Source: Mytilus californianus
Taxonomy: Eukaryota
Assembly (NCBI RefSeq): GCF_021869535.1
Contig: NW_026262745.1
Location: 60,388,001-60,452,000, forward strand
Direction of reading: 5' to 3'
DNA: 64,000 nt
Under the pieces are notes generated by a model. That model was not told the origin of the DNA. It made no database searches and was given only the letters and a program-made list of their open reading frames with translations. Shown piece after piece: positions 12,655 to 25,295 of the stretch (the stretch's first letter is position 1; every line of letters begins with the position of its first letter). The translations under genes and the position numbers were made by a program.

Positions 12655-14137
12655 ATTTTGTTTTAAATTCATAATGAAAATTTTCGAATTTAAAAGTGTC
12701 ATCAAGTGTATATTTACTTTCTACATTAATTTGAATACAGACAATTAATGATTATATATATTTAAAAAAATTAAAACATTATTAGTAAACGTCAATTATG
12801 TAAACCTTATGTTTTGTACTAGTATATCATTTAAGGATCATACAGAATTAACAACTTCAGTTTATATTATACCTGTCATCGTAGTTGGTCTGTTACGGTT
12901 AACGTGAAAATTTGTGTTCCTGTTTTTATCTGCAATCGTTGGCTATTCTATATAAATATTACTATACAACCTACACATCATTTATGTCTGTATTTTATAA
13001 TTAATGACACGTATTATTATTTTTCATTGGATAATATTGTCATTTCCACATCTTGTTCTAAGTATAAGTCAAAGGTTAAACAATAGTTTGAAAATAAACG
13101 GAAATAGAATGAAAGTTGGGGTACAATGGAGGGAAAATGTGTCTTGAATATTTATTTTTAGAAAATAATAAAAAGAATGGTTCCAAATTCCAACAATTTA
13201 CACGTTTTCCGTTAAGTAGATAGACATGTAAGAGTCATCCATAATGCAATTAACACAACAATCGAAAATCTAATTGACCACTGATGCTCATTTAATATAT
13301 CTATTTCCAAGAAATGACACAAAAACCGTTGCAAAAAGTATCACTATTACCAAACAAAACAAAAAATTAAACAATTCTTGTTTTAAGTATTAGTATATAA
13401 AGTCAATGTGAAATTAAAAGGATGCACACACGACAGTTGTTTAAAGTATCAAAATGCATAGAAAATGTTTTGTCATGTCTGCATTGTAGGCGATTAAAGG
13501 TCAGTTGGCAGTCAGTTATGTAGTATAACTGTTGAAAAGAATTTTGAAACTTATAATATTGATTTAAAACTGGATACTTAGTGACAAAAGGTCAATTGTG
13601 GTGTTTCTGTGATGTCATAAAATGTTGACATTGAAATATTTTACCTATCTTTGTCCCTTTACAGATAATTGACATGAGTCAAGGATTTACACAATAAGAT
13701 ATTATCTACATTGACATCTATATTAATTACATTTTGAAGTAAAATATCTTAATTAGGAAAAACTGTGTCTCACAGCTAAAAACAAATCCAAGATTATAAA
13801 ATACAACATAAGAAATTTAAAGTAGAAGTAAAAAAAAAAACGACAACATCATGACCGGAAAAAGGCGAACAGACAAAGTAAGGAACACAAAACACTGTGT
13901 TTCAATGTGAGTTATGGAGAAAAACATTTGTATTATATTGTTTTTAATTCATAAGGAAAAGTTTAGAAATTTTAAAGTGTCATCAAGTGTATATTTACCC
14001 TCTACATTAATTTAAACACCGAAAATTAATGATCATATATAAATAAAGACATTCTTAGAAAACGTCAATTATGTAAACTTTATGTTGTAGACTAGTATAT
14101 CATTTAAGGATCAAACAGAATTAATAACTTAAGTTTC
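12655..14137. repeat. Direct duplication of ~200 bp (12655-12862 and 13940-14137)
   Basis: aaagtgtcatcaagtgtatatttac...gtcaattatgtaaac...actagtatatcatttaaggatca is present twice. Confidence 0.85.
12873..12879 (-). CDS. Candidate 7-nt first coding exon of cGLR paralogue 1 (ATG ACA G, giving M-T-D-S-D-T-K)
   Basis: Minus strand reads taacag-accaactacg-ATGACAG|gtataa. Phase 1 matches the acceptor at 7830, and the aacag-N10-ATG spacing is the same as in the other two paralogues. The donor is weak. Confidence 0.5.
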
Positions 14138-15172
14138 TGATTTCAGTTGAGATTGAAGAACAAATTATAATGTTTTGATCTGGGCGTCGCTGGTGGGTCT
14201 TATTTAGACGAAGCGCGCGTATGGTGTATTAGACTGTAGGACTGGTACATTTGATAAAATTTAGCATGTCGAAATGTCCTATTGTAATGTTTATTTGTGT
14301 ATTTCTCTTTCCGTTATGTTCTTGCATTTTTTTGTACTGTAGTCCCGTCGAGTAATGTTATCATTTTAGTGTTATATTTAGCAATGCCATAAAAGCGGGA
14401 GGTTTGGCTAGCCGCAAAATCAGGTTTAACCCACCATTTTTTTATTTTCTGTACCAAGTCAGAAAAATGGCAGTTGTTATGTTATAGTTCGTTTCTGTGT
14501 GTGTTGCATTGTCGTTTTGGTTTTTGTTGCACTTCAGTGTTTCTGTTGTTTCGTTGTTTTCCTCTTATAGTTGATGTGTTTACCTCAGTTTACCTGGATT
14601 TGTTTTCTCTCAATCGACTGATGACTTTCGAACAGCGTCATCATTTTGCCTTTATTTAATAAGCAAAAAAGAAGATATTTTCATAAGGTCGGCATATATT
14701 AAGAAAATAGTAAATTGTAGAGCTAATAATACATAAACAGATACACAAGATACACCTAAATTATACTGAGAGGTATCAAAGACCACGAAAGCCACCAACA
14801 CCCAATTGACCTTGAAATCCAAACATAGAAATACAAACAACGTTCAACTTACATATAAACAGAAGATGGGATATGATTGCTAATGAGACAACTCTCAATA
14901 ATAGACCAAATGACACGAATAGTCAGCTTTTAAAGGCCCCGAAATTACAAATGTAAATCTATTGAAACAAGAAAACTAACGACATAATTTAGGTACAAAA
15001 TAATGAACGAAAAACAAATATGTAACACAGCAACAAATTAAATGACAACCACTGAATTACAGGCTAATAATTTAGGTCATGCACATACATAAAGAATGAG
15101 GCGGGGTTGAACATGTTAGCAGGATCTGAACCCTTCCTCTAACCTGGGACAGTTGTGTAACAGTAACCAAAA

Positions 15173-15860
15173 ACTAGAACGAAGAAAAAGGCAAATTATG
15201 TGACATGAATAAGTATTATGTCTGTTGAGCATTTCTTACTACTTATGTTGACTTATTCCACATCAGAATTACTCTAAATGCTTTAGTTGCAGAGATAAAA
15301 GCCAAAAATCTTCATTTTACCCCTATGATCAATGTTTTGCCATGTCGGCCATGTTGGTTAGAATGCAGGGTTTTGGGGCACATTTTCTTTTAACTAGCTA
15401 CACTAATGATTATTGTGGACAAGTTTAGTCAAAGTTGTCTCAGTAGTTTCAGAGAAGAACGAAGATTTTTACATATCATTGATGATCACAGTTTATTTAT
15501 ATCTATAATAATTGTCAAGATAATAACAAAAAACTGCAAAATTTCCTTAAAATTACCTATACAAGGGCAGTAACCCAACAACAGGTTGTCTAATTCGTAT
15601 GAACATTTCAGTGTTAAATCTTAACCTGATAAACATTGCTATAAATGCTTCAGTTTCATAGATAGAAGCCAAAAACTGCATTTTATCCATATGTTCTTTT
15701 TAGCCATGTCAGCCATATTGGTTGGCAGTATTGGTCGACGAATAAGATGCCCTAATGATGATTGTGGCCAAGTTTGGTTAAATTTGGCCCAGTAGTTCAA
15801 GAGCAGAAGATTTTTTTAAAAGTTAAATGACGACGGACGACGACGACGCAATAATGAAAA
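15173..15860. mobile_element. Degenerate Helentron-like non-autonomous element (HINE type) with two internal sub-repeats
   Basis: Starts aaactagaacgaag, has two related blocks (about 15270-15480 and 15630-15825) and ends in a gacgacggacgacgacgacg microsatellite. Confidence 0.55.
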
Positions 15861-18800
15861 GCTACATTTACATATATCGGAATCTCCTACTGTGGAAATG
15901 GGCTAGAACAAAAATAAATTCAAAGTTAAGGTCAGGTTTGTTGAGATGTCATCTACTTTCGTATGTAAAGTAAGTCTTCACTTTGTATTTGTAAAGTTTA
16001 TGTCGTTTTATATAAACCAAAGCAGGAAGATATTATTTCTTTTTAACACACGAAACTAACTTTACTTTACACCCACATCAGATAATTATTTATATTTCCC
16101 TTTCACATGATCCTGAATCATTGTCGTAAGTGCTTCGTACTTTTGATCTGATCTCCATCTATGACCAAAGTGACAATTGCTAAATATTTCCCTTTTATGT
16201 GTGAACATAACATAAATCTCCTTATATGGAAAGTTTAGTTAGTAGAGTTATAAGTATAATGTACTCATAGTTTTTGTCAATGTTAATTTAAGTTGTTGAT
16301 CTTCACAAGAAAACAACTTATATGTCATTGTCTTTTTTATTATTTTTTTTAGGTTTTTTTGCTATTTTATTCCCTCCTTAACTTTGCCGCTCTAATAATT
16401 TTACTATTGCAAACTATGTAAACAGTTTCAGAAAAGGTACCACTTCAAGAAATATATTCTACTTCTGGGTAAATTTTTTAGAAATATGTAACAACTTCCA
16501 CCCATTCCCCCACCTACCCTTTTGCAATATTTTTAACAAACAAATGCAGATTGTTGCCATGGATACATCAAAAAGAAATTATATTTTACTATTTTAACTA
16601 CTAGATATAAAATATATTTTACATATGCACATATATGACACAAACAGTAAGCTTGATTTGCAAGAAAGCTAGAAAAAGGAGAAGATAAAATTCATCAGGG
16701 TAATTTTCAATAATTTTTCCTAACTGTTCATTGCTACCTAACATAAACACTTTTAAGTTTGGCGCCAGTTATTTTGATAACTTTTCGGTACACGTTATGA
16801 CGTCACTTATATGTTTGTTCTATACACGCCAAACAATCATGCTACAATAATTACGGAGACTGAGTAGAGTGATATTGGTACAATGGAGTACTATGATGAC
16901 CATTTTAGTTTCTAGATTTTCTTTTTTTTCAATTTTTTAAATCATTGGTTTAAAGGATGGCATAGAATAAAACATTTTGTGAAATTTTTTCCATTTTTAT
17001 AAGTGGGTGATTAATTACGGTCAGTCAACTAGCCGGGAAAGAAAGATATTGCATTTTTTTTCAAACTGAATATTTCGAATAACGGTATGTCATGTCCTTA
17101 TCTTTTATAAATACTAATAAGAAAGAAACAAAAAAATAACAAAAAACGAAAAGCAACAATGAAACAAAGAAACAACGCATCAAAACAAAAACACCATAAA
17201 AGATTAAACACTAGAATAGTTTTGAACTACAGTATCAACTATAAAGAAGTTTGGGAATCATTAATCCTATTGGTTTACAAACTCATTCTACTATTAAGAT
17301 CAAGTGAATCGCTGCTTTATTTAATTGCATAACATTATTTATCTGAAACTTTGTCGGTAAGACATGCAAATCAATCAAATAAAAGTGAACAAATTACACC
17401 AAAATGACAAACAATTAGAGTTAAGTAATGATTATTTTTCAGCGAGTTGTATTCAATTTCAATATCAGTTAAAAGTACAGTTTCTATCGAAGTCATTCTC
17501 AAATTCTGAACTTTCTATGATCTAAAGCATTATTTCATATCAACTATATCGCGCATTTATATGTTATAGTGAAATAAACATTTTGTCATTAAGGTTTTTA
17601 AAGCAGTTCTGACAACATGTCCCATCTAAATGCAACTAAAAACTCCAATTGTACATAATTACTACATACTAACTGAAGCTATCCAGCTTTAGTTTTATAG
17701 TCAGGCAATAACGATTGTTTGGTGAGCTTATAAAGGTAACCACTAATGGGAGGTCAATGATAAGTGGTATTCAGTTGTATCAGCATAGGCTCATTAAAAA
17801 AAAACGTTTTGGCCCCGCCTCTTATGTCATGCAGTGTTTGCAATTTGAAAATTTTGCTTATTTGCATGTTAATGTTTGTGATTATGATAGTTTAAGGGGA
17901 ACCACATGTGATCAATCAATCATAATTGGTATCCAGTTATGTATACATGTGTAAGCATTGGTACATCTCATTCCATGGTATCATTTGACCCGCCCTATCA
18001 GTCTTACCGTGTATTGACTTTGGAATTTTTGCATAGTATACATGAATCTGTAATGGTAAGTTAATGATATTTGGTATGTTTATGTAGTTGTATACACATT
18101 TGTATGTATATTTTCCATTAAAATTACATTGCTCCGCCATCTCACCTTGGTTCATTGACTTACATTTTTGCACAGCTTATATGTTAACTTAATGTAGGGA
18201 ACCACAGACTGACTCATAAAAATGGTATATGGTATTATACTACTAAAATGACATGAAGGCAATGCATATCTCTGTGTCAACAGTTTAATTGTAAAAAGTA
18301 AAATCACAAAAATACTAAGCTCCGAGCGTGTATCTATGGACAATATTTTTTTTTAAATTCTAATTAGTTAACGACATCTTTGACTATCAAATAAAAAAAT
18401 CTTTTCTTCTTAAATCCGCCATCTTGATCATTTAATTGCCAATTGCAAAGTTTTCAGAAACATGGCTGAGGTTCAAAGTTTTTCAGGTGTATAAAAGTAC
18501 ACAAAACATTTAACAATGACAAATCCCGAAAGTCTCCATTTCCATTGGTCTTTCTAATCATTGAAAAGAACAGAGTGAAAAGTGCAATTATAGCAATTCA
18601 AAGCCATGTCCATAAGTGGAAATGCTGTACCGATACCTCGTCTTTTATACGATGCGATGAAATCGTGTCTAAATTGTCATCGCGCAATAGACTTGACCTG
18701 GTATGTTTAATGAAAACATTGGAATCTGGACTAGAACGAAAAATACAGTATATGACATAATGTCTTAGGAGATGCGTTGGTTATTTTTATATTTCTTTGT

Positions 18801-19841
18801 TAAACTTCGCCATGCAGATTGTTTCCTCTTTCTCGGGATTTCTGGAATATTAATTCGAATGATATTGTCAGGTTGTGTTCGTTTAGACTCTGTCGATTTG
18901 GAAAACACTTGTTGTTTAAGTTTATTTGATCATTTGGTTTAATCACTTTTTGACATTCTGCACATACGCTGAGTATGAGGTACACAGTTTTCTCAGCTTT
19001 CAAAATGTTTCTGTTTGAACCCGTAGACCAAGAACTTGTTTTACATTATTGATAATGTTATTCATGTGTAAAACAAAAGAACATGGAATGGTGTAATAGT
19101 TTTTAAGTAACATAATTTTTCATTGTAGTTATTAAATATAAAGTTGAATTCTCTGATTATTCTATTTTACATCATGCCGGCTATAAAATTGGACATCGTT
19201 ATTTTAGTGGTTTAGAAATGCAAAGCACAATCATCATATGCATAAATGAACTCTTTTAAATTATATGCGACCGGAATGAAATGACACGGTACTGTAACAA
19301 GTGTAAGTGGAAGCACGAAATAAAATAATAAGGATTGAAGGAAATACAAATTTCGATTGTGCTAGAGGGGCTAGTAAGTAAAATATCGTATTGTAAAATC
19401 CCTTAAACATAGAATTATGGACGCTTGACCTACTTGAAATTTGGTCTTCTATGATTTCGAGATAAAAACTTGTATGGTCGATAATTTCCATGTTTAATCT
19501 ATCCGACTGCGCACTGACTACACACGGCCCCAAAGATAAATTTTAGAATCTGTCATACACACTCTTCTGGCTTGATACTTAAAATGTGGTTATAAGTTGA
19601 ATTTCATGAAGCATTCCTTCAGAGCAACTGAACATAATGACTTAGTACTTTGTCAGCAGCTTAACAGCGATAATTGTAACGTGTGATTTTTTTTAGATCT
19701 ACTCGACACTGATGTCTTAGCTGAAATTTTCGTCCCCCTTTTCTGAAGCATTGAGGAAAACAATGACGTAATGCTTATCGTTTTCTTGCAGTTCAGCTTA
19801 CATAATCTTGTTATTTTGTTATTTATAAATAAAGAGACCAA

Positions 19842-21083
19842 GGCCGTGTTCACATTGACCTAAACTCGTTGTTGTGTTAGTGTAACTCACACGTAAACTA
19901 AAAACAAATACGTTCCCATTGATAAAACTCAATGTTTACATGTAGTTTAAATCATGTTTTGTCTACATGCAGTCGCTAGTAAATGTAGGCCTTGTGTAGG
20001 TTAAGTTTAAAACTAGGCATTTAGAACATTAATTTTACCATTTATATTTAAAGAAGAAACGGTTTTTGAAAAAAAATGATATTTATAACAATTATTAACA
20101 AAATTCTTTACAAAATGTATAAATTAGATATATTTATTTGTTATAAAAACACTCAAAGTAATTTTATTAACCGCTTATCAAGACTCAAAGCATCATCATT
20201 TCCGAACAAATAATTCATTTGAAAAGGTCTTCCCGAATCGACTTGACGTACACAGAAATATTTGCCACTGGTCTTTAATCAAACAACGATTCAATCATAA
20301 ATGCATTACTAAAAAAGTTGTGAGGTAAATTGTTTTGGTTGTCTAGTATCTCAGATCCGTTAAAATTCACTTAGAAATATAAAAAAAAATCATTATCCCC
20401 TCCTTTTGCCAAACACTCCTTGCAGAACAAATACCAACAAAAGAAAAAGAAACAAACAGAAATGATAGAAATGTAGTGATCCTTAATATCTCAATCCTTT
20501 TCCTCGTCTGTAAGCACGCTGATGCAGCCTGCATTTTCTAATCATCAAAATGGTTTTCATAAAGGAGCAACAATTTAACTTAAAAAGGGGGGGAGTGTTT
20601 CTGAATCAGAATTGTTTTCGCTCGAACATTTTTATTCAGTTTTTATCGATGCTAGCAATCACATATTTGTTTTTCAATATTTAACACTATAATGTATGGG
20701 GAGGCTCTGGATTCAGAATATTTTTTTAATCATCTATGGCCACAATATTTTTTTTTATCAAATTAGGGATCAGAATATTTTTCAGAGAAACCCCCCCCCC
20801 CCCCCTTTTTGAATTCAAATGGTCGTTCCCTAACTGCTAGAAAAGTTGTGCGAAAAATTTGAATGAGGTTCTACGTAAAGACCATTAAAATGGCATCTAG
20901 ATTACTAGTGTGAACAAATCTTATGTACAGGTAATTAAACAAGATAAAATTGAGAATGGAAATGGGGAATGTGTCAATGGAAGATGTATAGATGTGAACA
21001 AAATTATAGTGAAACCAGTGTACATTACATTTAACTAATTGTAAACATGTTTACTGTACATGGCGTTTGGTGTGAACATGGCC
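19842..21083. mobile_element. PIF/Harbinger-like non-autonomous element with nested repeats
   Basis: TIRs GGCCGTGTTCACA / TGTGAACATGGCC (12/13) flanked by a 3-bp direct repeat CAA. A G/C-tract MITE is nested at about 20562-20832. Confidence 0.65.
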
Positions 21084-21454
21084 CAAGTTGCATACATCCA
21101 CGTGTTATTTGTTGCATTTTGAAAAAAATATATATGCTAGTCCTTACGACAGCCGTGTTAAAAACATTTATGTGTCGATCATACATGAAATTACAGCAGA
21201 AAATATTACAGTATAAACGTAACTGAGAAATAAATCATATCTAAAGTACTTTTGGCTGCTTGGGTCTGCTTTGCTGTGCTTTGATTTATTCATGATTATA
21301 CCATTTGGTATATATCTGTCATTGAGTAGTCTTTTGTTAGAAATTATAATGAATTAAAACTGATATGATTCATGAGTGTTTTTATAGTTATAATATTTCT
21401 TATTCCATCATGCAAATGGATCGAGACTTACAGTATTTTAATCCCGAACTCGGT

Positions 21455-22170
21455 GATGTGTTAGTGTAATTCACACGTACACTAGACACAGTTAAAAACC
21501 AATCGTTCAGAGAACAATTCTGTCCACGTCAATTTTCTTAATTATTGATGGGAAGCTACTTCCAATTAACTAAAATTGCATAGACAAAATGTATACGGTA
21601 GAAAAAAAAAGTGGCAGAGGAAGAAAAATAAATTAATCAGAAGAAAATCAAAAGGTCTTTCCATAAAAAAGTGGAAAAACCTAATTACGTTCCCATTGAT
21701 AAAACAGAAATTCACATGTAGTTTAAATCATGTTTTGTCTACATGCAGTCCATAGTCAATGTAGGCCATGTGAAGGTTAGGTGTACACAAAAAAAAGTAT
21801 TTAGTACATGAATTTTACCATGTTTATTTAAAGAAGAAATGCATTTTGAATAAAATTGATAATTATAACAATTGTTAATAAAGTTCTTCGCCGAATTACT
21901 TGTCTCAACTCCATATATTGCTTTGTTATAAAAAAAAACTTGAAGTAGCTTTATAAATCCCTTATCAAGACTCACAGCATCATCATTGCTATGCACATTT
22001 TTCATTTGAAAATTTCTTCCAGAATTGATTGGTTGCACACATAAATATTTGCCACAGGTCTTTACTCTATCGACGATTCACTCATGAATGCATTTCTAAA
22101 AAAAGAGTGTGCAGTAAATAGTATTGTTTGACTAGTATCTCAGATCCGGTAAAATGCACTTAGACATAAA
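21455..22170. mobile_element. Partial second copy of the left arm of the 19842 element, with a ~200-bp insertion
   Basis: tgtgttagtgtaa(c/t)tcacacgta and acgttcccattgataaaac...catgtagtttaaatcatgttttgtctacatgcagtc...ctagtatctcagatccg repeat 19870-20370. Confidence 0.8.
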
Positions 22171-22414
22171 ACAGCATTAATTTGGAAGGTACGAACTGTT
22201 ATTTTTAAGAAGTATCTGAATGGTAGTATCGGGTCATGAATTAGTTCAAACTCGTGATTTTGCGTTTTTGCATTTTAGCGATTTTGCGTTTTCGCGATTT
22301 CGTGTTTTCAATTTTTTTTTGCGTTTTTGCGTATTCGCGACTTCGCTTTTTCGTCTTTTGTCATTTGACAGATTATTATTTACATGGATCTGTTCTATAG
22401 GAAGAAAGTTACTA

Positions 22415-22621
22415 CTGTGGATTCATTGCTTTTCGAAGGTACCAATTTTCGTTGTTTGAGGAGAATTGCAGTTTCGTGGATATTTAATTTCGTTGTTTTG
22501 ACAAAGACTGCATACATTCCTTTAGAAAATTCGTAATTAGTTCATCATTTGAATTCGTGGTTCCTCTGTACCAACGGAATCCAAACACATTGTTATTCAA
22601 CGAATAATAATGAAATCACAG
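22415..22621. mobile_element. ~200-bp TA-flanked MITE (CTGTGG...CACAG family), copy 1
   Basis: ta|ctgtggattcatt ... tgaaatcacag|ta; same family as 22819 and 61505. Confidence 0.85.
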
Positions 22622-22818
22622 TAGTATAAAGAAATTGTTAAAATATTGTCTTATCCAGAAGGAATTACTATTTTGTTAGATGTATTTGTTTTAAGGTTGC
22701 ACGAAAACAGCACATTTTTATATAATAGCAGTTTCCGTCAGTTCTTTTTTGTCCTTACAGGATGCTACACAGATATATCTTACTGACAACAACAAAAATT
22801 AACACCAAACATAGACTA

Positions 22819-23027
22819 CTGTGGTTTTATTTATTTTCGTGGGTACCAATTTTCGTGGATAACGAAAACCTTGCATTTTCGGGGTTATGTGATTTCGTGG
22901 TTCTGCGAAAATCTGAATAACTACTTTATAGAAATTTGTATTTCGTTGAAAATTTAAAATATCTGGTTCACCTGTACCCACGAAACCCACGAAAATTGGT
23001 ATCCAACGAATAATAATGAATCCACAG
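22819..23027. mobile_element. ~200-bp TA-flanked MITE, copy 2
   Basis: ta|ctgtggttttatt ... aatgaatccacag|ta. Confidence 0.85.
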
Positions 23028-24479
23028 TATACAACACAAGGAAAGTTGTTACATTTGATAGCTATCATATGATAATCACAAAAAGGGCATTATATGAGAA
23101 TCACATACAAATCATTTGTAGTAAGTTTGCTTGTGTGTTAAAATTAAAATATAATGCATATATCTATTTCCTTAAAACTCTTCCATAAAGTGCAAGCTTT
23201 ATTTTCAATATAGAAGTAATATTAAAATAAATCAACGGAAACAGCTAAAATGTCCTTTTTGGTGCAACATGAAAACAAATATACATGTATCTAATAAAAT
23301 ATTCATTATTGGTTGGTAAGATAATATTGTAACAATTTCTGTATACTAATTACTTTCTTCCTATAGAACAGATCTATTTAAATAAGAATCTGTCGAATAA
23401 AAAAACGAAAAAACGCGAAAGGACAAAAACGCCAAAATCACAAAAAACGACATCACAAAATCGTGAAAACCCTAAACGCGACGAAGCAATAAAGCGAAAT
23501 CACGAAAAGGCGAAAACACGAAATGGCGAAGTCGAAAATGCGAAATAGGAATGAAAAGGTAATTCGAGTTTTCGCATTTTATGCAGCCAGTATAAAACTG
23601 ACAAAAAAATTAACCTACTAATCAACGGGACCAGTAAAAAAAAATGCCATATTTCTGACTTGGCACAGTCTTTGTCCGACGAAAATTGTTCGAAAAACGA
23701 TGGGTTTTATAGTGGATAAACAGCCTACTGGTTTGAAAATTGTTTATAATTCCGTTATATTGACCAAATTGAGTCATATTATAAAGGGTTGAAATTAACA
23801 AGTTAAATAAACCGGTAGATTGTGATCGCTTATTTTGCGAGAATAAGATCTACATAAATACGAGACTTTTCATCAATGTTCATGAATATCCCTTTAAGAA
23901 AAAAAAATCAGAACTTTCAATTACTTTAACATTTTTAGAGTCAGTGCTGATTCGCGTTTGTTTGTTATTACATGGGCGATTTGCTTTTACCGTTGAAGAC
24001 CAATAATGTGCTGATATATATTCTTCTGTTGAACGATTGTTTTTTTTAATTGTTCAGAACTTTTTAGAAGATATAGAACATGACAAACTAGAACTGATCT
24101 ATATATTTTCTTGTAACATAAGTTGTTGGGTTTCTGTCTCGTTGACGATGCATCAAATCGTCTAAATTCACGGACGAAAACATAAAAAACGGTTGATTAG
24201 ATGCTACAAACTGCATAAAAGACGAAAATAATTAGTTAAGAATAGGCATCAGTAAAACAATGACAATAACCGAACACATACATCATATTAACCAGAAAAA
24301 AAAAAAACATTCTCAATGTGTCAATCAAAATCAAAATCTGATGGAAGACAAGCAATATCATAACAAAAGAAACCAAATAGTTGTCCTCAAATATTATTTA
24401 GAAATTCAGGAAGTTCACTTGTCATGTTTTGGAATTGTTGTAAGATTTTCGAATCCTCTGTTTTTATCTATTTGAATGC

Positions 24480-24796
24480 CTTAAAAATTTTCCCAATTGA
24501 CTCCCATTTCCTTTTTATGAATCTTTTACATGCATAATTATAAGCCATCTGTAAAAGTCTTAAACAAACTTAATTAATTTGGAACAGTTTTTGAGAACTT
24601 TAACTTGTCAATGATAAAGCTATGAAAAATCAAGAGATAACATTTCCCCGCTAAAATATTTAATGGCTTATATCCCGAAAACAAGCACATTGACCTTTAC
24701 TTTATTTTTGCTCTTTTTGTTTCATTTCCTCATCCCCTATCAATATATACTAGTGTTATGAAAAGCTTTAGAAACTGAGTAGCGAACTCCTTTAAG
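24480..24796 (-). mobile_element. Truncated Kolobok-like MITE, same family as 59208-59596
   Basis: Ends gagtagcgaactcctttaa, the inverse of ttaaggatgttcgctactc; internal gatataagc...gcgggaaat block shared. Confidence 0.6.
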
Positions 24797-24844
24797 ACAT
24801 AGTTTCTCGTATCAAACTGCTAGATGACTGAGTAATGATATATT

Positions 24845-25050
24845 TAGGTGTTTCACCATTTTCAGCACTGTTAGCTGTTTCATAGCGGCCAATTTTTATT
24901 GATAGATGAACAGGAAAATAGTCAATCCTTGATAATTGAGATTGTTACGAACGCAATTGCCGTGGATGAGGTCAAACTCATGACAACGGTCAATCCAGGC
25001 TAGCGATGCAGAGGTTGTGTAACTTAGACCACGCGGTCACGATATCCATC
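24845..25050 (-). mobile_element. Degenerate tRNA-derived SINE
   Basis: Minus strand reads gtgaccgcgtggtctaag (A-box-like), gagtttgacctc (decayed B box), body tctcaattatcaaggattgactattttcct and tail aataaaaattggccgc...tgctgaaaatggtgaaacacc; related to the 57566 copy. Confidence 0.6.
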
Positions 25051-25295
25051 CAAATCGTTAGACATAAGTGTGAATGAATACAAGTGGTCTAAGAAGTAAA
25101 AAGTTATTGCTCCACTAAATGAATCATTGGTTACAACAATTTTGTATTTCCCACTGTAATCAATATTTCTAGTTTTTAGATTTGTATTGATAGAAACAGT
25201 TTTAGAAAACAAAAATTAATCTTTTTGTTCGAAATTCATTCCTGTGAAACATGTTTGACAGTCTTTTACAATTTTTTCAACTGAATGCACAAATA

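Larger units (their letters stand above)
22230..23600. mobile_element. Foldback-like element with long modular inverted arms
   Basis: cagattattatttacatggatctgttctataggaagaaagt (22370-22410) is the inverse of actttcttcctatagaacagatctatttaaataagaatctg (23352-23392). The outer arms are ttttcgc-type and gcgaaaa-type short repeats. Confidence 0.75.

Noticed and set aside
16798-16805. Perfect CRE palindrome TGACGTCA
   Set aside because: A single 8-mer about 4 kb from the nearest candidate start; expected by chance in 64 kb.
18404-19003. YY1-like ccgccatcttg, a plus-strand ATG...CAG|gt segment and a minus ORF with CAEC
   Set aside because: No linked exons or recognisable domain; probably decayed transposon sequence.
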